Below are positions 1-8,637 of a stretch of DNA of 30,333 bases, piece after piece (positions within the stretch are counted from its first letter, which is position 1; the number at the start of each line of letters is the position of its first letter). Origin of the DNA: a virus (lineage: Duplodnaviria; Heunggongvirae; Uroviricota; Caudoviricetes); IMG/VR virus record IMGVR_UViG_2645727946_000002; one strand, given 5' to 3'. The position numbers and the translations under genes are program-made. The notes under the pieces are model-generated. The model was not told the DNA's origin and made no database searches. It saw nothing but the letters and a program-made list of their open reading frames with translations.

Positions 1-1176
1 TCAGTCGCCCTGAACGCCCGCGACAGCGCCGCCGAATAAGGCTTCAGCTCGTCTTCCGGCATCGGGCGCCGCGTCTTTGATCCAGCGTCCGTATCGTTGC
101 TCGATCATCTTCAGGCTGATATGGCCCATCTGGCTAGCAACCCACATCGGCGGTTCGCCGGCCGACAGCATCATACTCGCGTAGGTGTGCCGAGTCTGAT
201 ACGGTCGACGATAGCGCACCGCGGATTTTTCGATGGCGCGGTTCCACGCAAGCCAGATCACGTTGTCGCCGCTCCACGCCTCGCCGGTCCGGGGGTTTAG
301 GAAGATCGAGCCGCCGATAAGCAGAGTGAATCGCTTCTGGTCGTCGAGGGCTGCGAGGGCTGGTTCGAGCAGCTTCACATTGCGCCGACTGCCGCGCGTC
401 TTCGTGTCCTCGACCTTCTTCGCGACGCGAGCAGCTCGCGTCCGGGCACGTTGTACGCGAACGATTCCACGCTTCCAGTCGATGTCGCCCCACTGGAGGG
501 CGATCAGCTCGGACGTTCGCAGGCCAGTCCAGAACGCAAACTGAAACAGATTCCTTTCTTGTCCGGCCATCGCGCCGAGAATCGCGGCCTGCTCCTCCGC
601 GGTGAATGGATCGACATCGTCGTCTCGGCCTGGTGCTTCGTTTCGCTGGTAAGTCCACCCATACAAAACGTTTGTCTCGACGATCTCATCCTGCAAGGCT
701 TCAGCGAGTGCCGCCCGGAAGACCGATAGCACGTTGGTCATGCGCTTATTGCCGAATTTCTGCTTCGCTGCCCATTCGCGCACGTGGGAACGACGTACAT
801 CGGACATCGTGAGGTGGCCGAATGCTGGTTTCAGTGTCCCTTTGATGATTTTCCTGTAACCCTCGATCGTGCTGGCGGCGAGAACATTCTCCTGCCGGTC
901 GAGCCACGTGTCGAGGAACGACTCCACCAGCAGAGCATCGCCTTGCCGTTCGACGAACCGAGCTATCCGTTTCGACTCCGGGAAGGAAACTCGGTAGTCG
1001 AACGTTCCGTTTGCGATCGCGGTGCGAACCGCGCCGAGAAAATTGGCGGCTGCTTTTAGGTTAGCGGGAGTGGGCTCGAGGCGGATGCGCTCGCGACAAC
1101 GGACGCCCTTATAGGTGAAGGTGACTTCGATCGAACTGCCACTAATGGCGCGGACACCCGTGCCGTTTCTACCCAT
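1..1176 (-). CDS. int: Tyrosine recombinase, phage integrase with N-terminal arm-binding domain (391 aa)
   Basis: Catalytic motifs GLRTSEL, RRPYQTRHTYAS, MGH and C-terminal Tyr. N-terminal SIEVTFTYKGVRCRERI is arm-binding-like. GAGGGG lies upstream of the ATG. Confidence 0.96.
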   Translation of the reverse strand: MGRNGTGVRAISGSSIEVTFTYKGVRCRERIRLEPTPANLKAAANFLGAVRTAIANGTFDYRVSFPESKRIARFVERQGDALLVESFLDTWLDRQENVLAASTIEGYRKIIKGTLKPAFGHLTMSDVRRSHVREWAAKQKFGNKRMTNVLSVFRAALAEALQDEIVETNVLYGWTYQRNEAPGRDDDVDPFTAEEQAAILGAMAGQERNLFQFAFWTGLRTSELIALQWGDIDWKRGIVRVQRARTRAARVAKKVEDTKTRGSRRNVKLLEPALAALDDQKRFTLLIGGSIFLNPRTGEAWSGDNVIWLAWNRAIEKSAVRYRRPYQTRHTYASMMLSAGEPPMWVASQMGHISLKMIEQRYGRWIKDAAPDAGRRAEALFGGAVAGVQGD

Positions 1177-1355
1177 CTTTCATACCCCTCAATATCAATT
1201 AAAATGCGCCCGTCCGGCGCCTTCACCCACAGTTGACCTTCTAGCCACACACCGTCACGGCGTTTGGATTTCACTGCGTCTTCCGTATAGCCGGTCATTT
1301 CACAGAACTTGAGTACCGTGACGTACCGGGATGCGAAGGCGGCGATCATTGCCAC
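1056..1355 (-). CDS. xis: Excisionase / recombination directionality factor
   Basis: Winged-helix pattern RYVTVLKFCEMTGYTEDAVKSKRRDGVWLEGQLWVKAPDGRILID, immediately upstream of and overlapping int. Start is GTG 1355 or ATG 1349 after GGGAG. Confidence 0.85.
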   Translation of the reverse strand: MAMIAAFASRYVTVLKFCEMTGYTEDAVKSKRRDGVWLEGQLWVKAPDGRILIDIEGYERWVETARVSAPLVAVRSKSPSPIRASVVASASASSPLPLT

Positions 1356-1498
1356 GTCTCCCTAAATCTGATCTGTGTGCGGTCATCGAACCGGTGAGCG
1401 CTCGACGGCCTTTTGACGCACTGCCGTTTCGGGCCAAATCGGTCCATTTTTCTGCTGTTGCTCATGCTAGGATTTCCTGAATTTCGATTTCAAAACTT

Positions 1499-1735
1499 AT
1501 GGGGATGGCTGTGGCGTTCGAGACGATTAAGGCGTGCGCCGAGTGCACCGAACTGCACGGGCAACCGTCGACCATAAAGCCGAAGCATCTCGTGATGGTC
1601 GGTGCAGGCGTGTTCCAAGGCGAATGTCGAGAAGAGCACTACGAGTGCTCGACGTGCGGTGCTGCGTTTGCTCGTGTTTTGACGGGCGAGACAGCATCCC
1701 GCGTATGGCTTGCGGTGAATTCAATCCAGCACTGA
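1499..1735 (+). CDS. Small protein with two CxxC motifs, putative Zn ribbon (78 aa; start may be 1505)
   Basis: Motifs CAEC and CSTC. First gene of a rightward cassette after an AT-richer spacer. Confidence 0.7.
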   Translation: MGMAVAFETIKACAECTELHGQPSTIKPKHLVMVGAGVFQGECREEHYECSTCGAAFARVLTGETASRVWLAVNSIQH

Positions 1736-1816
1736 CGCCCGCGCGCGTCGCGCCGTCAGACTCATGAAACCCGGGAGTGCTACGATTGCCTCGGTTAGTT
1801 TCATGATCTGATCCAA

Positions 1817-2026
1817 ATGAAGCATTTGTTTACGATGCGTGGCTACCACGTCGACTGCACGCCGCGCGTGACCGAAGACGGCCAGTTCGCCTCACAGGTG
1901 ACGTTCACCTACATCGGCTACCACCCGGAAGCGTCATTCAAGACGCTCGGGACATATGAAACAGAAGAGGCGGCCGTCGAGCGGGCGCGATCGTTCGCCG
2001 TTGAATGGCTCGCGCGATACGGTTGA
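1817..2026 (+). CDS. Small hypothetical protein (69 aa), RGY-type
   Basis: Clean ORF MKHLFTMRGYHVDCTP...EAAVERARSFAVEWLARYG with protein-like composition. Confidence 0.75.
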   Translation: MKHLFTMRGYHVDCTPRVTEDGQFASQVTFTYIGYHPEASFKTLGTYETEEAAVERARSFAVEWLARYG

Positions 2027-2035
2027 GCGATCGCT

Positions 2036-2279
2036 ATGCTTGAATGGCTCGCGTACCGCGGCTATAACGTTGAAACAGAGGCGGCTGAGCGCGAGGGCGA
2101 CGCACTTAGCACGCACGCTGGTCGGCATATCGTTCGTCCGTGCGCGCGATGGCGACGTGCTGTTTCTCGAGTTGCCGATTCGGATGCTGCCGGCCGGCGT
2201 GACCATTACGTCCGGACTGGCGATCGAGTACCGAAGAGATGAGGCTCGAAGACGGGTAGATAACGCGACGGTTCGATGA
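2036..2279 (+). pseudogene. Frameshifted small YRGY-type gene (about 80 aa if repaired)
   Basis: MLEWLAYRGYNVETEAAEREGDAL in the 2036 frame continues as TLVGISFVRARDGDVLFLELPIRMLP...EYRRDEARRRVD in the +1 frame, with the shift near 2105-2120. The 244-bp span is not a multiple of 3. Confidence 0.55.
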
Positions 2280-2392
2280 CTCTTCCGTTGAGTCGCGCAG
2301 TTGTCGAGGGGCGCGCGTACCATCGGGCCGTTGAAAAGGATAGGGCGTTTTTGTCACGCTAGGACTCTTCGATTACGGTATTGGGGGAAGGC

Positions 2393-2638
2393 ATGTCCGA
2401 GATCAAAGCTCATTGGTATCGCGGTTACGAAATTTCTATATCGCAGGAATACTTGCCTAACGGACGATGCGTTACGGATGCCACGATTACTCCCGTGGAT
2501 CAGGAGGCGATCGATCGAATGGGGCCTGTTCGATCGATCGGTGGAAAAACCGTGCACGCTCGAGCTGAATCGGATCCATTGGCTGAGCAGCTGAAGCAAG
2601 CGAGGCACCAAATAGACGTAATGGTTGACGACGTTTGA
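2393..2638 (+). CDS. Small hypothetical protein (81 aa), YRGY-type
   Basis: ATG 2393 follows GGGGAAGG. Sequence MSEIKAHWYRGYEISI...LKQARHQIDVMVDDV. Confidence 0.7.
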   Translation: MSEIKAHWYRGYEISISQEYLPNGRCVTDATITPVDQEAIDRMGPVRSIGGKTVHARAESDPLAEQLKQARHQIDVMVDDV

Positions 2639-2672
2639 GATCAGCCGCCCGCAAGCGGGCATGCGGCGCTCT

Positions 2673-3707
2673 TCATCGCCTCTGCGGAAATTCATCATGG
2701 GAGCGGCCGTCGAGCAGGCGGCCGGCGGCGCGTTTGCCCGCGCGTTGCATCCAGCAATCGCTACTGCCGCATGCGCCGAGCTGCTGACCGTTTTCTCCGA
2801 CGTCGGTGATCCGGCGACGTGGCGCGGTGTCGACAAGCGGATAGCCCATACTCTCTGGACCCCGCGGACACCATTCGCCCCATTGCTTGAACACGAAGGG
2901 CACGCCGTAGGCCGCGCACTGGTCGCGGAGATCGCGCGCCCACGCGGGATGCATCGGCCGCGCGCTGCCGCCGCTTTCTCCACCCACGATTACCCAGTCG
3001 ATTTCGGGCGAGCTGTAACCCGTCCCGTCCTCCGCGTACTCGGTAGTTGGTCCGTGAATCCATGGCGCGTCGGCAGGGCAGTCGGCGCAGGACTGCATTT
3101 CCCGCATGCAGCAAACGCCAGTCGGATCGAACCACGCTCGAAGATCGACCGGACCAAGCAGCGGCTCCATAGAGAGAAACCGGCGGTGCGCGGGTGTCAT
3201 GAGCAGCTTTTCGATGTCGCGGTCGGCCTCGGTCTGGTTGACGATCGTCGCGCCTATCCAGACGTTCGACCACGGCCACGGCGTGTTGACGTTGCGCCCT
3301 GCCAGCTCCAGCGCGCGGGAAATCATTGGGCCGGCGTTGCCGATGCGTTTCGTGAGCAGCAGCCAGTCGAGGTGCGGCGTGTTCCAGATCAGGTCGAACA
3401 GGTCTGCGCGCCAGGTGTCTGGAACGGCGTTGTCGAACACGTCGGCGAGCGACGCGCAGAACACGCGCTGGCGCCGGCCGTGAGCGGCGAAGAATTCAGC
3501 ATGCCGCGCGTTCCAGCGGACGGGCTGTCGCCACGTGGCCGCCGACGTGCGCACGCGCTCGCCGTGGGGACCCCAGACGACCTTGTGCATGCGCTTGTCC
3601 ATCAGGTGCTCGGCGTAGCAGTGGTCGCACCCGGGCGACACCTTCGTGCAGCCGATGAATGGGTTAAACGTGTGGTCGCACCATTCGATTTTGCTGTTCT
3701 CGCTCAC
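2673..3707 (-). CDS. Phage Gp37/Gp68 (DUF5131) family protein, radical-SAM-like (344 aa)
   Basis: SKIEWCDHTFNPFIGCTKVSPGCDHCYAE, VFCASLADVF, WLLLTKR, FLSMEPLLG, WVIVGGESG, PFVFKQWG. The GTG start at 3707 overlaps the upstream TGA (GTGA). Confidence 0.9.
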   Translation of the reverse strand: MSENSKIEWCDHTFNPFIGCTKVSPGCDHCYAEHLMDKRMHKVVWGPHGERVRTSAATWRQPVRWNARHAEFFAAHGRRQRVFCASLADVFDNAVPDTWRADLFDLIWNTPHLDWLLLTKRIGNAGPMISRALELAGRNVNTPWPWSNVWIGATIVNQTEADRDIEKLLMTPAHRRFLSMEPLLGPVDLRAWFDPTGVCCMREMQSCADCPADAPWIHGPTTEYAEDGTGYSSPEIDWVIVGGESGGSARPMHPAWARDLRDQCAAYGVPFVFKQWGEWCPRGPESMGYPLVDTAPRRRITDVGENGQQLGACGSSDCWMQRAGKRAAGRLLDGRSHDEFPQRR

Positions 3708-4006
3708 GAGTTGCTCCCTTGGGTGCGGGCGGCGTCTATCTTGAGATACTCGGCATACTCTGGCCAATATTTCGCGATGCTTTCCGTGTGTTCGGCTGCG
3801 GTTCCATCCCATTCGATAACGACAGCAGTAACGGTCGGCCAGTGGTCTGGATCGTGCCCATCAGCAACCGACTGTGCTCGTTGCTTCGCGAGATATTCTC
3901 CCCAATACGTGTTGAATGCGGCGGCAACAGCATCGGCCTCATCCTTCGACGGCGCGGCCACAATATCGTCCGGGCCTTGAATATTGAGCATCCAGAGTTT
4001 GGTCAT
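3704..4006 (-). CDS. Hypothetical phage protein (100 aa)
   Basis: Translationally coupled on both sides (ATGA and GTGA overlaps). Confidence 0.8.
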   Translation of the reverse strand: MTKLWMLNIQGPDDIVAAPSKDEADAVAAAFNTYWGEYLAKQRAQSVADGHDPDHWPTVTAVVIEWDGTAAEHTESIAKYWPEYAEYLKIDAARTQGSNS

Positions 4007-4569
4007 TGCTTTTCTCCCGCTCGGGCGGCGTTGATTAGCCGATACACTTCCTGCAATTCCGAGGCGCGCTTGATCACACCATCACGGTTGATGATCGCGA
4101 GCAACTCGACGACGCGCGCCGGCACACGCACGTAGTCCGTCACCTCTCCGCTCGGCTGCTGCGTGGGATCGGAGAGAACGGCGCGGACGAACGCGAGCAG
4201 GTCGAGCTCATGTTCTTTGGCATTGCGAGAATAGTCGCCACCGTAGTCAATGCGGTACTTGTCGGCTAACTCGAGGATTCTCTTTTCCATCACTTCTCCG
4301 CTCGACTGTTTCGCTAGCCGCTGTTTAAGGCCCGCGATTTCCGCCGACTGTGCCGCGAGATAACGGTTTTGGTCTTCGCGCTCGCGCTCGTAGGAAGCGA
4401 GCTTGGCCTTGAGTTCGTCAATTTCGGTGCTCGCCTGCTGCGTGGAGGCGAGAAGGGCTTCCCACCGTTCGATTTCTTCTGGCGTCGCCGGGCGACAGCC
4501 ACCGCCCTTATATGTGAGCACGCTGAACTCCCCGTCGCGCTCGATATGGAACGTCAGCTTACCGGTCAT
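4003..4569 (-). CDS. Hypothetical mosaic early protein, Ead/Ea22-like (188 aa)
   Basis: ATG 4569 overlaps the upstream stop. Contains a coiled-coil stretch and the repeated linker QSSGEVM/QPSGEVT. Confidence 0.75.
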   Translation of the reverse strand: MTGKLTFHIERDGEFSVLTYKGGGCRPATPEEIERWEALLASTQQASTEIDELKAKLASYEREREDQNRYLAAQSAEIAGLKQRLAKQSSGEVMEKRILELADKYRIDYGGDYSRNAKEHELDLLAFVRAVLSDPTQQPSGEVTDYVRVPARVVELLAIINRDGVIKRASELQEVYRLINAARAGEKQ

Positions 4570-6280
4570 GGTCGGCTCCATTGAGAAGGGCGGCACGGTC
4601 GAGACGTTCGAGTTCGGCGAGGATCAGTGCGCCGGCCTTCACGAGATCGCGGCGCGGCGTGGTCGGCTTCCACCAGTTGTGCATCCATGGCCAGAATGAC
4701 GGCAACGGGTCGGCCCACGCGACACCTCCAGCATTTGCCGCATAGCAGGCTGCGGCCAGCGCGATTGCACCATGCTGATACTGGTCGTCATGCTCCGGCG
4801 TCCAGCCCTCCGCTTCTACCTGCCGGCGGCGCTCGGCGAGCATGTCGCGCGCAGCGTCCGTCAGGCGCGCCTCTCCCGCATCGGCGGGGGCGCTGACGGC
4901 GTAGCACGGAATCGAATACGGCCGCACCGATGATGCAGTAGCGCCACCATCTGCCAATGCGCGTTGCTTTTGCGCGGCGGTGATTGCCCGGTCGTCATCA
5001 GTCATCCATGCAATCGGCTCGCGCGCCTCTGCCGGTGCGTCGGCCTTCTTCGCGATCCACTCGATTAACGACACCTGATCTCGCCTCCAGTCGATCTCGT
5101 CGTGCACATAGCCGAAGCGCTCGCAGAGCCGACGATGGAAGTTTTTGAACTTGTGCGTATCGTCCGGTGCGTCGGCCTGTGCGCGATACAGATCGACTTC
5201 GAGCCGGAGAACCTGAGCAGCCCGCACGACGCGTTCGATGGCGTTGAGGCCGTCGTCGGTGTCGACTTCATCGTCCCCGATGATCGTCGCGTAGACGGTG
5301 GCCAGCGTCTCCGTCATCCGCTTCGCGACGTATGCTTCTTCGCCGAGTGCGTCGGCCTGCGCGGGTTGCGGGGCGGTGTCGGTTACGGCAAGGAGCACAA
5401 AATCTCGCCATAGGGAAAGTTCCGGCGATGCAGGCTTGGGCTCGACTCGCAGGTACTTTTTTGCGAGACCGATCATCGCTTCGTCGTTCGCCCAACCGTC
5501 GCCTAGAGTATGGACATCGGCTGACAACGCTTGGAGGGCGGCGGTCACTCGTGATGCCTGCGCGGGTTGCGGGGCGGCGAGAAGCGCGCGCGCGAAGGAC
5601 AACACCGTACTTGCGGCAATGCCGTGATAGACCTCAAGGTCTACGTCTGCTTTTTCCTCGAATAGTTGGATGATCCCCTCGTCGGTCAGCGCCACCGCCT
5701 CCGCAGCGGGCGATGCTGCCGCGCGGGCTTCTTGCCATGCATCCCGCAACCGCTCAACTGCACTGATTTCCGGAAAGCGATCACACCACGCCTCGAACGA
5801 CGCTGTCCGCTCGTCGGCCGGCGCTGCCGACGGCTCGCTATCACCCGATTCGAGATAGAAGCACCCAGCGTCGTTGCACGCCTGCGCGGTAGTCGATCCG
5901 CAGCGCTTACACGCGCCGTCGGCCGGCGCTGCTGCGGGCAGCTCGACACGGAAGCCGCCAAACAGGTGCGCGACGAACTCGGTCAGGATGAATCGATCTT
6001 CGGCGTTCGGTTCGCGCGAATCGTTGTTGTCGCCGACGATTTCGAATGTCTCGATTGCAGCGAGGGCGTCCTGTGCCGTCAGCAGTGCGGGCTGCTCGAC
6101 AGGAGATGCGGCGAGAAAATACATACGCTTTCGCAGTTCGTATGCCTGGTCAGTGATTCTCGTTGCCAGCTTCTTATCGGTACGGCCGTGCGACAGCAGG
6201 CCAGCAGCCGTTACAACATCCATCAGAAACTGATTGATTCCCGTCAGCGCATCAGCGCGGCTCTGTTGTTGGTCGTTCAT
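4559..6280 (-). CDS. Large mosaic early protein, Ea22-like (573 aa)
   Basis: ATG 6280 (MNDQQQSRADALT). Ala/Pro linkers separate modules. The C-terminal module AERRRQVEAEGWTPEHDD...WPW...WWKP..PRRDLVKAGALILAELERLDR is a conserved phage domain. Confidence 0.8.
   Translation of the reverse strand: MNDQQQSRADALTGINQFLMDVVTAAGLLSHGRTDKKLATRITDQAYELRKRMYFLAASPVEQPALLTAQDALAAIETFEIVGDNNDSREPNAEDRFILTEFVAHLFGGFRVELPAAAPADGACKRCGSTTAQACNDAGCFYLESGDSEPSAAPADERTASFEAWCDRFPEISAVERLRDAWQEARAAASPAAEAVALTDEGIIQLFEEKADVDLEVYHGIAASTVLSFARALLAAPQPAQASRVTAALQALSADVHTLGDGWANDEAMIGLAKKYLRVEPKPASPELSLWRDFVLLAVTDTAPQPAQADALGEEAYVAKRMTETLATVYATIIGDDEVDTDDGLNAIERVVRAAQVLRLEVDLYRAQADAPDDTHKFKNFHRRLCERFGYVHDEIDWRRDQVSLIEWIAKKADAPAEAREPIAWMTDDDRAITAAQKQRALADGGATASSVRPYSIPCYAVSAPADAGEARLTDAARDMLAERRRQVEAEGWTPEHDDQYQHGAIALAAACYAANAGGVAWADPLPSFWPWMHNWWKPTTPRRDLVKAGALILAELERLDRAALLNGADHDR
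5355..5577. repeat. 22-bp perfect direct repeat GCCTGCGCGGGTTGCGGGGCGG (5355-5376, 5556-5577), plus CCGGTGCGTCGGCCT at 5032-5046 and 5164-5178
   Basis: Read directly from the sequence. The repeats encode the APQPAQA and ADA linkers. Confidence 0.9.
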
Positions 6281-6294
6281 GGTCGAACCTCGAT

Positions 6295-6573
6295 TCAAGA
6301 CGGTTTGCGGATCTCGACCGCACACGGCGTGGTCATCACTTCGTGCAAAGCCGCTTCAAGCCATCCCATGACCCACTCATCGCCCACGACGCTTCGAAGC
6401 AGTTGGTAAGCGGAGAGCAGCGACGCGGACAAGTAGGAGACCTTCTCTGATTCAGTCATCGTGGCGATGCCGTTGCGGGTGTAGTCGTCCAACACGAGCT
6501 TTATCATCCGCATGTCTTCGGCTTTCTCGGCGTCGCTGTATGGCGAATCAGCGTGGATGTTCGCGGTGGTCAT
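6295..6573 (-). CDS. Hypothetical phage protein (92 aa)
   Basis: Tightly packed in the operon; its start overlaps the upstream stop by 1 bp. Confidence 0.75.
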   Translation of the reverse strand: MTTANIHADSPYSDAEKAEDMRMIKLVLDDYTRNGIATMTESEKVSYLSASLLSAYQLLRSVVGDEWVMGWLEAALHEVMTTPCAVEIRKPS

Positions 6574-6974
6574 TATTCGCGGCCCTCCACGTCTGCCGCA
6601 GTGATGACGTACTCACTCACGTTGACGACGCTGTAGAACGTCGGTTTTGCATGCTTCTCGATCCAGCCCGAGAGAAGCGTTTCGAGTTCGGCCTTTGCTT
6701 CCGGCGCGATGTCCGGATATCCATCAGCAGCTTCGCCGACCTCGTCATAGGCGCGGTCGCTGATCATATCGATCACGTCGTTGGCGTCGCACAGGCGCAC
6801 GATTTGGATCGGCTCGACATCGCCGTAGAACACAACATCGCCGACAGCGAGCTCGTCGTGCATATCGAGTAGTTCGTCGAGCGCATCGCACGAGAAGAAC
6901 TCGTTGTCTTTGCTCCAGACCGTGCGTCTCACATCGGTGGTAGCGCTGCTTCCCGTTTCGTTTGTCACGTTCAA
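6573..6974 (-). CDS. Acidic hypothetical phage protein (133 aa; start TTG 6974 or GTG 6968)
   Basis: TTGA overlap with the upstream gene and protein-like acidic composition. Confidence 0.8.
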   Translation of the reverse strand: MNVTNETGSSATTDVRRTVWSKDNEFFSCDALDELLDMHDELAVGDVVFYGDVEPIQIVRLCDANDVIDMISDRAYDEVGEAADGYPDIAPEAKAELETLLSGWIEKHAKPTFYSVVNVSEYVITAADVEGRE

Positions 6975-7642
6975 AGATCCTCCAATAGCTTGTCGATCGG
7001 CTTGCGCGATTGCAGGACGACGAGAGCCATTTGTCTCTTACCTTCGTCGAACCCCGCCCGATAGGCGGCTTGTTCTGCGGATGTGCGCCCGGTCGGCTCC
7101 GTTGTATGCCGTGTGCGATCGCGGCGCACCTTGGGGGGAATTGCACGTGCAAACAGCGCGTGCGGGCCGTCTTCGGTGTCGTAGATCTCGAGCAGCACCC
7201 AACCTTCGCCATCGGGTGGCGTCGGCGTCCATGCGCTGCAGTCGGCGTCGGCGCGCTCGTGGTACTGCTCGTAGCTTTCGGCATCGACGTCGGATTCCAT
7301 GCCGATGAATGCCGATTCGATGCCGAACGCTTCAAGGAACCTGTCGACGCGCACATCCTCGTCGCAGAGGGGAAGCTCGGGATGCGTCAGCCAGCCTTGT
7401 TCGTCGCGCTGGATCTCGCGCGGTGCGAGCAGCTTTGCTCGCAGCCCTTCGAGCGAAACGAAGCCGTCGAAGAGCGATTCCCGTGTCGCGGTCGCGAGGT
7501 CGAGCCGAAGAGCCTTTGCTTGCTTCAGTGCCTCGTCGCGCTGCGGAGACTCAGGCAGCCTGCCGACAGCACCGACAAGCTCGAATGCGTACTGCGTCAG
7601 GTTCACGATGCCGTTCGCGCGCGGTTTCGTCTCATTCGTCAT
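6971..7642 (-). CDS. Hypothetical mosaic phage protein (223 aa)
   Basis: GGAGG RBS before the ATG. Contains the phage module RDEQGWLTHP...CSAWTPTPPDGEGWVLLEIYDTEDGPHALF. Confidence 0.82.
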   Translation of the reverse strand: MTNETKPRANGIVNLTQYAFELVGAVGRLPESPQRDEALKQAKALRLDLATATRESLFDGFVSLEGLRAKLLAPREIQRDEQGWLTHPELPLCDEDVRVDRFLEAFGIESAFIGMESDVDAESYEQYHERADADCSAWTPTPPDGEGWVLLEIYDTEDGPHALFARAIPPKVRRDRTRHTTEPTGRTSAEQAAYRAGFDEGKRQMALVVLQSRKPIDKLLEDL

Positions 7643-7655
7643 GTCGTGCCTCCGT

Positions 7656-8363
7656 TCAATAGTCGCGGCCGGGGTAGTAGGTATTGATGCTGTTCTCGTC
7701 GCCGTCGATGATCAGCTTCGTGCCGGCGGCGTAGAGCTGAAACAGGCGGCGCTTGAAGCCGTGCATGGGGCCGACAAACAGCGTCTTGCTCGGGTCCTTT
7801 CGATCGATCTGCACGCTGTACACGCGGCCGTCGTGGACGTCGATCTGATACGGGCAGTCGTGGGACTTGGTGCCGTATTCGCTGTCCAAGTAAATGTGGT
7901 GGAACTTCGAGATGAAGCCGCTCTCCGCGCTAACAATCAGCGTGATCCGGTCCGACTCATCGCACGAGCACGAGCGGTATTGGCGATCGGCGTGCTCGTC
8001 CTTGATGAATTCCTCGACGAGTTGCGAAAGCTTGATCTCTGCCGGTGCGGGTGCGAGCAGTTCCTTCATCTGCTGCTCGATCTGCGTTTCGATTGTCGCG
8101 TTCAACTGCGCGTCGACCTGCTGTCGGATGATCTTGAGAATGAGGTCGTTGTATCCGGGCAGACCAAGGTTATGAAAGTCGACTTGCAGCGCGGCTTTGA
8201 CGCGCTCTTTCAATTGCTCGCCGAAGGTCGAGTACGTGCGGAGTTCCTCGTCGATGATCGAGGTGATTGTCTTCGTCAACTTTTCTTCGATCGCCTTCTC
8301 GATCGTGCCGGCCGCGACGATGTTCGAGAAGGCAGTGGAGACGGCTTGTTGCAGGTCTTTCAT
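7656..8363 (-). CDS. Conserved hypothetical phage protein (235 aa)
   Basis: ATG 8363 follows AAGGA (MKDLQQAVSTAF...). The ORF-track extension to 8525 crosses structured intergenic DNA. Confidence 0.8.
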   Translation of the reverse strand: MKDLQQAVSTAFSNIVAAGTIEKAIEEKLTKTITSIIDEELRTYSTFGEQLKERVKAALQVDFHNLGLPGYNDLILKIIRQQVDAQLNATIETQIEQQMKELLAPAPAEIKLSQLVEEFIKDEHADRQYRSCSCDESDRITLIVSAESGFISKFHHIYLDSEYGTKSHDCPYQIDVHDGRVYSVQIDRKDPSKTLFVGPMHGFKRRLFQLYAAGTKLIIDGDENSINTYYPGRDY

Positions 8364-8554
8364 GGCTTGGTCCTTATGCACGTCATTGGAATTCGAAAAA
8401 GGTGCTGGTCCGTACAGGCACCAGCTCAAGCAGGGGTTCAAGGGCGGACACTCAGCGCTCGCATAAGGCAGCGTTGCATGACTGCTTGGCATCAATTTGA
8501 GGGAATGGCGGGACCCAACCGCCACCGCCGAGCGTCCGCTCTTGAATCTCCGCA

Positions 8555-8587
8555 GAAGAAAAAGAGGGTGCCGAACTGGCCACCCTT
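8555..8587 (-). terminator. Intrinsic terminator in the left operon
   Basis: On the minus strand the AGGGTG/CACCCT stem is followed by CTTTTTCTT. Confidence 0.65.
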
Positions 8588-8637
8588 AAAGGCCGCCCAT
8601 ATCCGAGGGGAGAGCCGGGCGCGGGCTCAGAATTTCG

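Noticed and set aside
1-60. attL/att core
   Set aside because: The window begins at the int stop codon, so the attachment site would lie outside it and cannot be seen.
1446-1468. Second LexA box upstream of the rightward cassette (CTGTTGCTCATGCTAG)
   Set aside because: The right half-site is CTAG rather than ACAG, which is too weak to call.
2625-3980. 451-aa + strand ORF
   Set aside because: It is the antisense shadow of the DUF5131 gene in GC-rich DNA, with no RBS and no motifs.
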